IMG/VR virus record: IMGVR_UViG_3300021475_000005 | DNA: 64,000 bases | Strand: one strand, 5' to 3' | Origin: a virus | Lineage: Duplodnaviria > Heunggongvirae > Uroviricota > Caudoviricetes | In this document: positions 8,901-18,569 of the stretch, piece after piece | Layout: each line of letters starts with the position of its first letter | How positions within the stretch are numbered: position 1 is the first letter of the stretch | Notes under the pieces: model-generated | The model's database searches: none | The model's input: the letters and a program-made list of their open reading frames with translations, nothing else | Told to the model about the DNA's origin: nothing | Program-made: the position numbers and the translations under genes

Positions 8901-11874
8901 CTCCTAAATGGTCGCCTCTATATCCTCGTGCATCGGTATACAATGCTGCTGCACTGGTCTTTTCAAGATAGTGAGGATCAGTCATAGGTGTATTCTTAAG
9001 CTTAGTTACTTCCGGACTATCTTCACCGGAAATATGCGGCTTAGCGTTGATTCTATTAAATGCACTTCCGTCCACTAGAGTTTGAAAGAGCGGTAAAATA
9101 TCTTTATTGAAATCCAATGGTTTGTTATCTTTATTATATTCTTCCATTGTATCTTGCATAAGTTCTGCCGCTTCTCTATTTGCTTTTGCGGCAGCTTGCT
9201 GTTGAATAGAAGCTTCAATTTGCTTATTTGCGGCGCTAATGCCTTCCTGCGTAACACGTGCATTTGCGCTATCTACTGCACCTCCTGCGATTCGTTGTGC
9301 ATTATGGATAGTATTCGCACCTGATAGGTCTTGCAGTGACCCATCCCATGCACTCTTCCATGAATTACCGATATCCGTCTTTGCAGCTTTATAATCATTA
9401 TATGCATCAACAGGACGGCCTTGCGCAATATCTGATAAAGCTTTTGCGGCTCCGACAATGACATCGACGGTTGACTTAATTCCTGCCCATGCAATACGAA
9501 TAGGAATCGCAATTTCGTCATACAGTCCAACAAACAATGCTTGCAAAGTACCTGCTATTGCGGCAAAGATTTTCGCACCGTTTGTCGAAACACCGAAGAA
9601 TTTTAGAAGGCTATTACCAAAATCATTGAATCCACCAGCAAGGTCATCCAAGGTTTGGTGAACGCTATCCATCACTTCCTTGAAAGTGGCGTCTTCAAGA
9701 TCACTGTAAAGAATATCGTGGCCCTGAGAAGTTTTCTGACCGGATGCCTTATCGCGTATCGCAAAAAGTACGGCTGCGGTACCGGCGATCACGACGCCTA
9801 ATCCACCAAGAGCGCCTGACAAACTAACCGCTGCTGCATCCGCTGCTGCTACACCCGGAAGTGCTGACTCACCGGCAATTGCGACTTTCGACGCATCACT
9901 TCCAGCAATTTCAGCAACGTCTCCAAAACCACGAATGCGCCCGGAAGCTTTAAAGCCGCTCGGAACTGCAACTAAGGTTCCAGCGGCAGCAGGCGCAGCC
10001 CGTTTGCCGAAAATGGCTTCTGTCGTTGTCATATTTGTAATAGCACGTGAAGACCGTGTCGAAGCTGCTGCACGTTCGGCACGACCTGCCATCATAGCGG
10101 CGTATCCACCAAGGCCCCCAGCGCCAGTAGATACAGTACTTACGGCTCCTTCAGTTGCTTCGGCTCCTGCAAGTCCGCGAATGTATGATGCTAACGTTCC
10201 GACAGATTGTGCGGCCTTTCCTGCTGCCACACTCCACGCAATGAATTCACCTGCAAGTTTGTACGCGACAAATGCTTTTAATAATGTAAGGATCGTATCA
10301 AGATGCTTAATAAGAAATTCAAGCCCAGTCCCCACCGCATGAATCGTGTCAGCGAGATTCTTTCCTAGTGTATCGGCAAGCTTCTGCATTCCAACAGTTA
10401 GATGTGCATTCGCTCCATCGCCAGTAATAATCAGCGAAGTCAGATTCTTTAATTCGCTACCGATAGAACTCATGAACTTTCCACCGCCAACTTCGCGGGC
10501 GAAAATAAAGAACGTATTTTTCAAACGGGACAAGGCAACGTCAGGACGCTGCTGCGCCAACGAAAGAAGCGGTTCATACATCTCGCGAACCGCTTTCGCC
10601 CATTCCGGGATAAATGTCGCTGACAACAATGTTCCACTATGCATCTGCTTGAAGAAATCAGTGACTGAGACGAAGTGCCCTTCCAATTTCGAAAGTGCCT
10701 GCGCACCAATGACGGCGTTACCGGGCAACTGAGCGCCGATCTGACGGTTGAATTCTTTTGAATAAACGACGCCTTTTTGCATCATTTCAGTCAAGCCGTA
10801 GAAGGCAAGCTGCTGCTGCTTAGCGCTCGATCCAACAACAGTTAGAGCAGTTGCAAGAGATTCATAGATCGAATTGGTTTGGTTAAGCTTCAAATCGGAT
10901 GCGGTGGCAGCAATAACGAAACGACCATACGTGTCAATGTTATCCTTGATCGAAAGACCGAGTTTCTGAGCGATCCCAATAAATGAACTTGTAGCCTTTT
11001 CAGCGCCTGCAAATGTTCCCGTTGCGAACAACATTGCCTTCTGAAGCTTTAGAAGCTGAATATTGGCCTGATAAAGACCACCGACGAATGCGCCTAATGT
11101 GAAAGACGTGAAAAGCGTCGAGAAGAGCGTACCAGCCTGATAGGTAAGACGAAAACGGCCTGACAGATTTGTCAAACCGTTGCCCATCATAGCAAATGTG
11201 CCTGCTGCGCGCTTACCTTTGGGCTCAGATTCCTCCAGAACTCGATTTAATCCCGCCGCCTGACCGACGACACCGGTGCCTCCTGCACTATTACCACGCC
11301 CCATAACGCTTCCTGCATTACGTGGCATGCGGTTAAGAGCGGCTGAAGCACGATTTGCAGCAGAAGCAATCTCGTTTAGATCATTGGCGACTCTGCGAGC
11401 GTTCGGAAACTCTTTCGCGTTGCCGATAACAACGAAAAGCTTTTCAAGATTGACGACTTGCTGATTTGTTGGAAATTTTGCTTTGCCGATACCATTGATC
11501 ATCTCCGCCATGGCAAAGATACCAGAATTTGGCTTGATCAGGCTGAGAGCAACGGCCATTTGACGGATACCGGCAAGCTTCTCAGGAGAAACCGTGCGAG
11601 CCCGTCCCATAGCATCTAGTGCAGCCGCCATCTCTTGGATGTGACCGACTGGATTACCGGCGTTCTTGATTTTAGAAAGAAGATTGGCGACAGAAGCGTA
11701 CTTCTCCATCGCCCGAGCAGCTTTTGTGAGATTGACATCCGCACTGGTTGCGGCTTTTGCAAAAGCCACTTCCATTTTTGAAGCGGAAGCGGTGGCGCGA
11801 TCAAGAGCCTTCGACAGCGCAAGTATGTCTGCTTGCGCTGCCTTAGAGTCAATTTTAAGTTTTAGGTCTTCCAT
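5944..11874 (-). CDS. Tape measure protein with an internal TIGR02594/NlpC-like peptidoglycan-hydrolase domain
   Basis: 1976 aa, Ala/Gly-rich, tape-measure motif (EMMQKGVVYSKEFNRQIGAQLPG); internal WCAAFVNAVL...PGDIVVL...GHVGFY...GGNQ. Confidence 0.93.
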   Translation of the reverse strand: MEDLKLKIDSKAAQADILALSKALDRATASASKMEVAFAKAATSADVNLTKAARAMEKYASVANLLSKIKNAGNPVGHIQEMAAALDAMGRARTVSPEKLAGIRQMAVALSLIKPNSGIFAMAEMINGIGKAKFPTNQQVVNLEKLFVVIGNAKEFPNARRVANDLNEIASAANRASAALNRMPRNAGSVMGRGNSAGGTGVVGQAAGLNRVLEESEPKGKRAAGTFAMMGNGLTNLSGRFRLTYQAGTLFSTLFTSFTLGAFVGGLYQANIQLLKLQKAMLFATGTFAGAEKATSSFIGIAQKLGLSIKDNIDTYGRFVIAATASDLKLNQTNSIYESLATALTVVGSSAKQQQLAFYGLTEMMQKGVVYSKEFNRQIGAQLPGNAVIGAQALSKLEGHFVSVTDFFKQMHSGTLLSATFIPEWAKAVREMYEPLLSLAQQRPDVALSRLKNTFFIFAREVGGGKFMSSIGSELKNLTSLIITGDGANAHLTVGMQKLADTLGKNLADTIHAVGTGLEFLIKHLDTILTLLKAFVAYKLAGEFIAWSVAAGKAAQSVGTLASYIRGLAGAEATEGAVSTVSTGAGGLGGYAAMMAGRAERAAASTRSSRAITNMTTTEAIFGKRAAPAAAGTLVAVPSGFKASGRIRGFGDVAEIAGSDASKVAIAGESALPGVAAADAAAVSLSGALGGLGVVIAGTAAVLFAIRDKASGQKTSQGHDILYSDLEDATFKEVMDSVHQTLDDLAGGFNDFGNSLLKFFGVSTNGAKIFAAIAGTLQALFVGLYDEIAIPIRIAWAGIKSTVDVIVGAAKALSDIAQGRPVDAYNDYKAAKTDIGNSWKSAWDGSLQDLSGANTIHNAQRIAGGAVDSANARVTQEGISAANKQIEASIQQQAAAKANREAAELMQDTMEEYNKDNKPLDFNKDILPLFQTLVDGSAFNRINAKPHISGEDSPEVTKLKNTPMTDPHYLEKTSAAALYTDARGYRGDHLGDEGLQTLFGTNQITLGLDPEKVKWCAAFVNAVLADNGHPTTHSLAASSFRNYGQEEKNPIPGDIVVLKPQEAGSTGHVGFYSGMDAKGNVLVTGGNQNNEVNTSPFKASDVLSYRRPDQYAAQFTNPQSALNALDSDEEAVTPQESPAKALEMKMLGDRKELDKFISGGGPIAAAAEQMQEEFIGLKKIFANQIDLMTANHGLKSVVNSDDLKAMQAANERIAQKNFDVVQPIEKSNRVMAEGNAITALRVKGLDAQADLMELTNKLTEEGYTAQQIANMTGKEAVAIGKQTQATLAAQLDLQKQLNQNTVASFARNNNDPFQNAMMKGLEANAAKNGGTIDQARARMSIVDPTTGTSEYNVMAQNVQAQIANRTAEAAGAMADQIQSLQETYANNPTANKLNSDYKSALEQMTGLSKASLAVLNDAASQDEKDFALNWAKAKQQLENPPGFQKWVDGLEPFEKRMEDIKASFAEGLSNALSDIATGDEKPGKAFKKLFDDTRKEWMKAQTDTLLGGAFKALGIASPNPETPEQKAVFDMTDTFDKKAVAPMADAAVTLQTGATTLQQAASAMLQVATQFGQINSDVSNTLDSANGTLATALTGGSGTGGGIPALRGALDVGGSGSDAGSGFFGGALPGGTQLMQSMGLGNGSTPTFQPYSNASLQALGPNVGSSLLPTSLPSLNGAGTIAAQNAAAQPGILDSLGSLFGGSDVSGVNITPNQMTGTYSDGSSPNPSTLDLIGNLFGIKSSNSTSQNIGNGLLGAVGTFGGLIENLLKPPRKPPLLPQTNVLGTMSTNTVTGTQQAEQPNILGSLLNMVAQAMLGQANGAATATATAANTGVGGYLGALGNNLEGQLSTDWAGISNFASNAWNGATSLFKEGGFTTQPVEKVMTNASFRDAPHYAEGTPNTDGIPAIVHPNEAVIPLSRNRKIPIEGGMQSPSMNSNITIIAPNPDAFRQSKGAIIRDQNRLMKRNSLRNLTGTL

Positions 11875-11880
11875 TGCCCA

Positions 11881-12303
11881 TTAACGACCCCGTCTCCGAT
11901 TTCGGCTTTTGGGGTTCATCTCATTTGATTGAATTGCGCGCTTGCGCTCTTCGTCTTCACGGACACGATCAATGTGTTCCATGTAGGCGTTATCGAGGCG
12001 CTCAACGTAGTAGAGAAAATCCTGAGTCTTTCGATAATCGAAAAGGTTCAGTCGGGCATACGCAGAGACTTCACTCAATGGGATTCGCAGAGCGCCATTG
12101 AATCCGATTGGTCGGGTATTCGATAAACGCCAAAAACCATTCCATGCCCAGAGAAGGTCATTAAACGGTTCTACTTTCGGTACAGCCTTAAGGGGACGTT
12201 CGGGTGCGATCCCCTTCTCAGCATTGACCTTTGCTTTCCATTCTGCGTTCTTGTCTTTCTTCGGCGCACTCAGAATGGATGTAAGCGCCTCTATTAGTTT
12301 TTT
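11881..12303 (-). CDS. C-terminal (-1 frame) part of tail assembly chaperone GT
   Basis: The -1 frame is open from the slippery heptamer A AAA AAC (12303-12297) to the stop at 11881: KLIEALTSILSAPKKDKNAEWKAK...WAWNGFWRLSNTRPIGFNGALRIPLSEVSAY. Confidence 0.8.
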   Translation of the reverse strand, partial: KKLIEALTSILSAPKKDKNAEWKAKVNAEKGIAPERPLKAVPKVEPFNDLLWAWNGFWRLSNTRPIGFNGALRIPLSEVSAYARLNLFDYRKTQDFLYYVERLDNAYMEHIDRVREDEERKRAIQSNEMNPKSRNRRRGR

Positions 12304-12719
12304 GAGCCGTCCTCGCGAACTTCCTCACGGAAGTTATCCGCATCGGTTGCAACACCAGCGACCCAGTTTGCCAGTTTCGGCAACTTCTTGATCAAAGCAT
12401 AGGCAGCCTCTGACGAGTAAGGAACATCGACCTGATCGCCGATCTTCACACCACGCCAATCAGCGATGACGCCGCCAGCGATGACACGGAGGCTTAATTC
12501 CTCATTCTTCTCTTCCGGAATCTTGAGGCCTGCACGAACAAGTTGCGCATACGGCTTCGCAAGCTTTTCACGAAGGTCGATAACGGCTTTTGCATTCAGA
12601 GCCCGGATTTTAAATCCGGTCTTGTCGTTGAGTTGTACCCAACGGCCATCTTCTTCGGATTCGCGGTTGGTGCTGAAAATTTCAAAAAGGTCGAGAACGT
12701 CGTTTGCTTCAGTAGTCAT
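12294..12719 (-). CDS. Tail assembly chaperone G
   Basis: Lies between tail tube and tape measure; EEDGRWV...IADWRGV...VPYSSEAA; ends TCA AAA AAC TAA. Start moved to MTTEAND at 12719. Confidence 0.85.
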   Translation of the reverse strand: MTTEANDVLDLFEIFSTNRESEEDGRWVQLNDKTGFKIRALNAKAVIDLREKLAKPYAQLVRAGLKIPEEKNEELSLRVIAGGVIADWRGVKIGDQVDVPYSSEAAYALIKKLPKLANWVAGVATDADNFREEVREDGSKN

Positions 12720-13000
12720 GATACTCTTTCGGGTAAACACTCCTATCGGGATTCATGGCGGGCGGAGTGAAACTCCCGGTCATGATAAATTTTGAATGGA
12801 TTTGTGAGGAGTGAGAGGTCGCCGCTCCCGAAAACCGCGACCTCTCTGCTTCCGGAAGCATTTTGGGTTAGCCAAAATGTCGGGACAATAATTCCAATCT
12901 CGAAAGATTGGGTAGGTCGCCGATAAATCGACGACGGGGATTATATCCAAACTGCGAAATGTGCCCTGTGTAGGCACACTTTGCAGATGGAATGTGACTC

Positions 13001-14884
13001 TTATCCGATAACCGGATAGACGGAGGAGAAACGGTCGATCTGAATGGTGCACTGCGTGACGGGGTCGCGCTTTGCGGTCCACTGCATATTTTCCATAACG
13101 TCTTGATCGCCACCAGCCGGATTGACAGTATCCGTCGAAAACACAACGGCAGGGAGCGTGAACTCATAGTGGTTCTTGTAAACGTCCTGCACGAAGAAGT
13201 TCAAGCTGACAGTGTCGTGATTGATGAAGTTGTCCCACAGATCGCCATCGGAGAAGTAGCCGTCAACGGAACCGGTGAATTCGATACGGCCTGCACCGAT
13301 ACCGACCGCGAACTTGCTTCCGACTGCCATCTGATCACGAAGGTTGTTCGTGCCTTGGAAGGCAATCGTCTTGAGTGCAGTGGAGAGTGCAGTTCCATTC
13401 TTGTAGATGGTTCCAACGTTCGTGGTCGCATTAGCGACTGGAGTCGTTGTCGTTCCAAGAGTGGTGTAACTGCCGGAATTTCCGAGTGTGGTAACGGTCT
13501 CACGAGACATGCCCTGTCCCTGAAGACCGAAGCCGCCCGTCAAGATTGCACCAGCGGAGATATTGTACTGCATGGTGCCGATACGCTGACCGTTGGCAAC
13601 GAAGTATTCGCCGACATCCTCAAAAGCAGTCTCGAATGAGAAAGAGTGAGGAACAATGTTGGCAGAATTTCCCGGGTTACGAAGCATCGAGCCTTTGATA
13701 GTAACCGGAAGGCTGCCGCTGTTTGCATTGGTTGGCGGAGCCGGGCTGACCGTGATTACGTCATCGACAACTGCGGTGATCGTATAGAAGCCATGTTCCG
13801 CTGCATTACCACCTGCATAGTTGACGACCGTCAACGCAGAGTTGGTATCGCCAGCTTTTGAAATCGCACCGCCCGGTGCGTTAAGGCTGCGGATTGTAAC
13901 AACGTTCGAAGCAACTTTTGCGACGACGTTTAACACTCCTTCACCCAAAGTGTTCGCAATTGCTGCCGGACGAAGTGCATTCAAAGCTGCTGCGATGTTT
14001 CCAGCAGTGATAGTATCATCGGTCGCAGATGCAACCACCATGATATTTCCTGCAATCGGAGAACCACCGAACTGAAGTGTAGCAGTATTGATGCCGTCCG
14101 TAACAGTCAAAGTTGCGCCTGCCGCAACAAGTGCCGGAGTCGTGGGATCAAGAACCGTTACAGTTCCAGATTCATAGCCGAGGCCGTCCACATAAATTTT
14201 CTGTCCCGGGACCAACTGTCCTGCTGACACTGCGGCAGTAAACGCGTTTCCGCCATTTGAGTCGAAGGTGCTGGCACCAGTCGTGCCCGAACGGATAGCA
14301 GTGCTTTTGAGGATGATTACGTCGTTTGCGTCTTCGACCGTCGTATAGATCGTGCCGCCTTCAATAACTGAAACAGTCGTTGCGACGGTGATGTCGGTAC
14401 GGGCTGCACCAGAGTTATAGACGCTGCTGACAATTTGAAAATAGTCATTGTTGGTGGGATTCACAAATCCACTGACACGGATACGATGCCCTGCAACAAA
14501 ATACAGGGACATATCAACGCCATTGATGGAAATGATATTGTTAGCGGTCCAGTTAACCGGAAGTCCGGCAGCGCCATCGAAAGTCATGGGGCGCGTCCAC
14601 GCGCCATACATGAAACCTTCCATGAAGTCGTCGTGAGAACCAGCCGAGAATTCGACGTTGATTTCACCTTTTGCCGATGCGCCGGTCTCGATGATATCCG
14701 GGACCATGCGGTCAGACCGAATTTCAGTGGAGATCGCCGTGGTCTTCTCGGCGTTCAGGGTGGAACCGGTATAACGGAGTTCACGAGTGATTCCGGAGCC
14801 GGGCGTTACAGCCCATGCAGTATCCGATTCCTTGATGTAGCGCATGCGAGCGCGATTGGAGTCGGCGAAAATACGCACTGTCAT
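13001..14884 (-). CDS. Major tail tube protein with an inserted domain
   Basis: 627 aa; ELRYTGSTLNAEKTTAISTEIRSDR and a C-terminal tube fold; positioned before the chaperone. Confidence 0.85.
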   Translation of the reverse strand: MTVRIFADSNRARMRYIKESDTAWAVTPGSGITRELRYTGSTLNAEKTTAISTEIRSDRMVPDIIETGASAKGEINVEFSAGSHDDFMEGFMYGAWTRPMTFDGAAGLPVNWTANNIISINGVDMSLYFVAGHRIRVSGFVNPTNNDYFQIVSSVYNSGAARTDITVATTVSVIEGGTIYTTVEDANDVIILKSTAIRSGTTGASTFDSNGGNAFTAAVSAGQLVPGQKIYVDGLGYESGTVTVLDPTTPALVAAGATLTVTDGINTATLQFGGSPIAGNIMVVASATDDTITAGNIAAALNALRPAAIANTLGEGVLNVVAKVASNVVTIRSLNAPGGAISKAGDTNSALTVVNYAGGNAAEHGFYTITAVVDDVITVSPAPPTNANSGSLPVTIKGSMLRNPGNSANIVPHSFSFETAFEDVGEYFVANGQRIGTMQYNISAGAILTGGFGLQGQGMSRETVTTLGNSGSYTTLGTTTTPVANATTNVGTIYKNGTALSTALKTIAFQGTNNLRDQMAVGSKFAVGIGAGRIEFTGSVDGYFSDGDLWDNFINHDTVSLNFFVQDVYKNHYEFTLPAVVFSTDTVNPAGGDQDVMENMQWTAKRDPVTQCTIQIDRFSSVYPVIG

Positions 14885-15131
14885 TGGTTATCACCAATCC
14901 TTAAATCTGAGACGGGAATGCGATTGCGAAACGCCCCGGTTCGCACGCGATGGACGGACCCTACCTCAGCGGATAGAACATGTCAAGAAAATCGACCAGT
15001 ATGGTCCAGTTTCCCGACTCGTGTCAAGAGGAGGTCAGTTTACCCTCCATTAACCAATTGTGAGGGAGGGTATTGTCAACCGCCTCAAGCCAGCGTATAT
15101 GTGAGGCGCAATCGACTATAGGAGGTGTCCC

Positions 15132-15566
15132 ATGAGGAACCTTGGAATTTGTGCTCTTCTGATCGCCGTGCTAGCAATCCTGACGTTCGCTCCAGCACAT
15201 GCCGATGACTTGGCACCCGGTACTTATCCGGGCCAACCGAATTATTATGATGCGGTGCCGGGACAAATTTCGGTGCCCCTCACAGCGCGGCTCAAATTGA
15301 TTCGTTCTCTACGGAACTATATTTCATCTCTCACAGGAACGGACGATATCCTCATGGAATCGGCGATCATCTGGAAGCGCGCCAGCGGAGGAGAAGAAGG
15401 TCTCGTGGTTTGCGGTAATTCCAGCGTCAATGGGCAAGATAAATACTGGGCAGCTTCTGCGGGCGATGACGGTGCTCGGCTGCATTTTATTCAATCGGAG
15501 GATGACTTCGAAGCCTCGGGTTGCAAAACGCCCAATGGAACCGTTCTTTTCGATCTCGACAGTTAG
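15132..15566 (+). CDS. Hypothetical exported protein (signal peptide), moron-like insertion
   Basis: Strong RBS (AGGAGGT) and signal peptide ending APAHA; on the opposite strand inside the structural module. Confidence 0.7.
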   Translation: MRNLGICALLIAVLAILTFAPAHADDLAPGTYPGQPNYYDAVPGQISVPLTARLKLIRSLRNYISSLTGTDDILMESAIIWKRASGGEEGLVVCGNSSVNGQDKYWAASAGDDGARLHFIQSEDDFEASGCKTPNGTVLFDLDS

Positions 15567-16003
15567 GTAGGGGCGGCGGCTGGATTGTTGTAGTAGAAGT
15601 CGAAATGGCAATCCACCACCACCACTTTCTTCCCGTTCTTGATCCCCAACTGCTTGACCGAAGCTGATTGAAGATTCACATAACCATCCGGTGGGACGAT
15701 CCATTGCTGGCGGTTGAGATAGTGCTTCAAAGCACCTGCGAGCTTCAGGGACGGCCCGTCGCCATCCTTTTCAGGCGCGAAGATCGTGAACTGCGCAATT
15801 CCCGGCGAACATTCTTGCCCAGTCATTGAGCCAAGTTCGAGTTGCTCGGCATCGGCTGTCCGGAACCAGAATTCCCCGTACAATGTACCATCGGTCGGCG
15901 GAACAAAAGGTTCCTCGCCGATCTTGCACAAAAAATTGTTGGTATTCACGACGGTGATCGCCTTCGTGTATAAAACCTGCCGAAGCATGTCGTGTTCTAG
16001 CAT
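15563..16003 (-). CDS. Putative tail terminator
   Basis: 146 aa just upstream of the tail tube; GIAQFTIFAPEKDGDG motif. Confidence 0.65.
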   Translation of the reverse strand: MLEHDMLRQVLYTKAITVVNTNNFLCKIGEEPFVPPTDGTLYGEFWFRTADAEQLELGSMTGQECSPGIAQFTIFAPEKDGDGPSLKLAGALKHYLNRQQWIVPPDGYVNLQSASVKQLGIKNGKKVVVVDCHFDFYYNNPAAAPT

Positions 16004-16014
16004 AACCGAATCCT

Positions 16015-16512
16015 TTAAGCCGTTAGACGGCCCATGACTTGACGAATTGCGAGCCGCACAATGCCATTCGCGCTACGAGACCGATCCTTGGTGGGTACAA
16101 GCCCATACTCGGCGTCCACAGCGATATCAGAGGCATTGGTGAGGAAAATATCCACCGGTTCCTTAGCAGACAGTGCGCCGGAAAGAGATTGCTTGGGGCG
16201 CACGCTATTTGCCTTGCGACGAGGCTCTTGTCCAAGCGGCATTCCGCCCGGATTGGCGAGGCTCTTACCGGTATGTCCGGGATCGAGAGGCGATTCGACG
16301 GGATCGATATGCCCATAGATTGGTGCTTTTGTAGACCAACGCCAGTTGACGATGAGTTCACCCTCCCAGACCGGCGTCAAGGCAAGGATGGCGTCATTCA
16401 ACGCAATCAGAATTTCGTCTTCTTGACGGATCGCGGCTGCGGTGACGCCTTTGAAGTAATTCTTGAAGACCGCACCTAAATTTCCATCCGCATGGTATGA
16501 GAAACGTGCCAT
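16015..16512 (-). CDS. Putative tail completion / neck protein
   Basis: TPVWEGELIVNW motif; TAATG overlap with the upstream gene. Confidence 0.6.
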   Translation of the reverse strand: MARFSYHADGNLGAVFKNYFKGVTAAAIRQEDEILIALNDAILALTPVWEGELIVNWRWSTKAPIYGHIDPVESPLDPGHTGKSLANPGGMPLGQEPRRKANSVRPKQSLSGALSAKEPVDIFLTNASDIAVDAEYGLVPTKDRSRSANGIVRLAIRQVMGRLTA

Positions 16513-16886
16513 TACCGCGAAGTTCTCACTTGGCAAACGATGACGGCTGCGGCTGGATCAGAAAGCCGACGTACGATTTCCCATGTACGCCCAGTTTCAT
16601 CCAGAACAATATCGGCGGACTTTGGTGCTACAGGCAGATCGAGCGCCGGAATGAGCAGCTTCGAGTCAGTCAGGACTGAAACGTTCGCATCGATCTCGCT
16701 TTCCTTAAAACGGGCAAAGACAGCGCGTGGCAGCGTATAGTTGACGGAGACTGGCACAACAGTTCCAGCTTCGATGTCGCGTGTGACTGCTCCAGTCAGA
16801 GACATGTAAGTGACTGTCTGGACAAGATCACCGAGTGTGATGAACGCCTGAAGAGCGGCAAGTTGAACTGTATTGCGTAAGCCCAT
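16512..16886 (-). CDS. Putative head closure (stopper) protein
   Basis: 124 aa, in the adaptor-stopper-neck gene order. Confidence 0.6.
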   Translation of the reverse strand: MGLRNTVQLAALQAFITLGDLVQTVTYMSLTGAVTRDIEAGTVVPVSVNYTLPRAVFARFKESEIDANVSVLTDSKLLIPALDLPVAPKSADIVLDETGRTWEIVRRLSDPAAAVIVCQVRTSR

Positions 16887-16897
16887 TATTTTTCCAA

Positions 16898-17419
16898 TTA
16901 GCTACGGATGATTTTCTTGAAGGCCGGACGAACGCCTTTATTCACGAGACCGATTGCCGACAGCATGGCAATGATAAAGTCAGGAAGAGCCGGACGAACA
17001 TAGCTATCATCGTAAACGATCTTGATGACATCGACTTCGATACGATTAAGGCCACGCTGGGGCTGCGGAGCCGTCCAGTCTGAGGTCATCAAATATGATG
17101 CCCACTCGCATACACCGTCCATCAGGACGGTGGGAATCACATCATCAGGGATTTGAAAGCCATCGGCATCATAGGCACAGGACCGGGGCCAGCGCAGTCC
17201 AGATTCATCATCGACGCGGGTGCCAGCCCATTGCATGATACCGTCTAATGACTTCGATGCGCGAACCAGCAGCTTTTGCTTCTGATCATCATCCAAGGCA
17301 GCCCATGTATCGGCTGCATATGAATTGACCGCGATATAATCGTTCGCGTAATCCTCGCTTACATACGAGTTTGCGTCGGGGTCTCCGACGCCATTCTCAA
17401 CAACAAATGTAAAACTCAT
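16898..17419 (-). CDS. Head-tail adaptor (DnaT-like phage family)
   Basis: VVENGVGDPDANSYVS...LRWPR...IPDDVIP. Confidence 0.8.
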   Translation of the reverse strand: MSFTFVVENGVGDPDANSYVSEDYANDYIAVNSYAADTWAALDDDQKQKLLVRASKSLDGIMQWAGTRVDDESGLRWPRSCAYDADGFQIPDDVIPTVLMDGVCEWASYLMTSDWTAPQPQRGLNRIEVDVIKIVYDDSYVRPALPDFIIAMLSAIGLVNKGVRPAFKKIIRS

Positions 17420-17445
17420 AATTAAGAGTCACTTTCTTGGATCAC

Positions 17446-18246
17446 TTAGTGACTCTGACTGTGCAGGAAAGTAGGGAGGTGGTCAAGATTCTCGACATCT
17501 CCTCTCAGTTCCGCAGCAAAAGCCCGTACCCACGCTGCGGTCAACGGTGAACGCACGACATCTTTCTCAGTAAATTCGATAAATGTCATACCCACATCAT
17601 GGCGCTTTCCAATTCCAATAACACGTTCTAGGCCGGAGTTAGGAATATCGATCTGTTCGAGATCGCCGGTAATGACACATTGCGCATCTTCGCCCATGCG
17701 CGTTAAGAAAAGACGTAAGTCGCCGAAGTCCGCATTTTGGGCCTCATCGAGCAGAACGAAAGTTGGAACGTTTCCAAATGTGCGTCCTCTCATATGCTCA
17801 AACGCAGCAATTTCGACCCGACCGTCTTGAAGCCACTGATCGAGGAGGGCCGATCCTACTTCAGCCTTGATCCCGTCGAAAATCGGAATCAACCAAGGGC
17901 GCATTTTGGCGTCGAGTTTACCCGGCAGAAAGCCGAGTTTATGTTGAGGCTTGGAGGCTGTGACGCGAGACAGGACGATCTTGTCGATGACGCCGTCTGC
18001 TAATCTGCGGGCTGCGATCCGGGCTGGAAGAAGTGTCTTACCTGTTCCAGCCGGACCCACAGCAAAAATGCTCTGACCGGCTCTGAGCGCCGCAAGGTAG
18101 AGGCTCTGGTTCTGGCTCCGGGCGGTTAGTGGCCCGGCTGATCCTTGAGCTTTCTTTTGTTTTTCTTTTCGACGTGCTTTACGTGCTTCTGATTTCGAGA
18201 TTGGGCGTGGGGTAATCGGATTTTCAAAAACGAGGTCGTCGTTCAC
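17446..18246 (-). CDS. phoH: PhoH family ATPase
   Basis: GPAGTGKT, LGFLPG, HMRGRTF, LDEAQN, LTRMGE, ITGDLEQID, DVVRS. Confidence 0.95.
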   Translation of the reverse strand: MNDDLVFENPITPRPISKSEARKARRKEKQKKAQGSAGPLTARSQNQSLYLAALRAGQSIFAVGPAGTGKTLLPARIAARRLADGVIDKIVLSRVTASKPQHKLGFLPGKLDAKMRPWLIPIFDGIKAEVGSALLDQWLQDGRVEIAAFEHMRGRTFGNVPTFVLLDEAQNADFGDLRLFLTRMGEDAQCVITGDLEQIDIPNSGLERVIGIGKRHDVGMTFIEFTEKDVVRSPLTAAWVRAFAAELRGDVENLDHLPTFLHSQSH

Positions 18247-18268
18247 TTAGTTCCCCGAAGGTCTCTGG

Positions 18269-18478
18269 TTATGAGGGCTCCTGAAGAATCTGATTTACCC
18301 TCTTGAGACCTGCGTTGAGATTAGAGAGGGATTTGGTCAGTGCCACCACGCTGGTAGCATTCAGTGCACCCGAAAGTAATGTCATGAAATCATCTGCCTC
18401 GATTTGCAGAGATGTTTGGATTTCCTCAAGAACTGTTTCGTTTGAAAGCGTTTCTTTTAGTGCAGCGTTTTGAACCAC
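18269..18478 (-). CDS. Hypothetical protein
   Basis: 69-aa ORF in operon orientation. Confidence 0.5.
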   Translation of the reverse strand: MVQNAALKETLSNETVLEEIQTSLQIEADDFMTLLSGALNATSVVALTKSLSNLNAGLKRVNQILQEPS

Positions 18479-18569
18479 AACTAGCCCTTTCTCTTCTCTG
18501 CCCCGAGAAAGAACTTTTCATGTCCGACGACTGCGAGCAAGAGGCTTTGCCTCCGCGCACAAAATAAAT

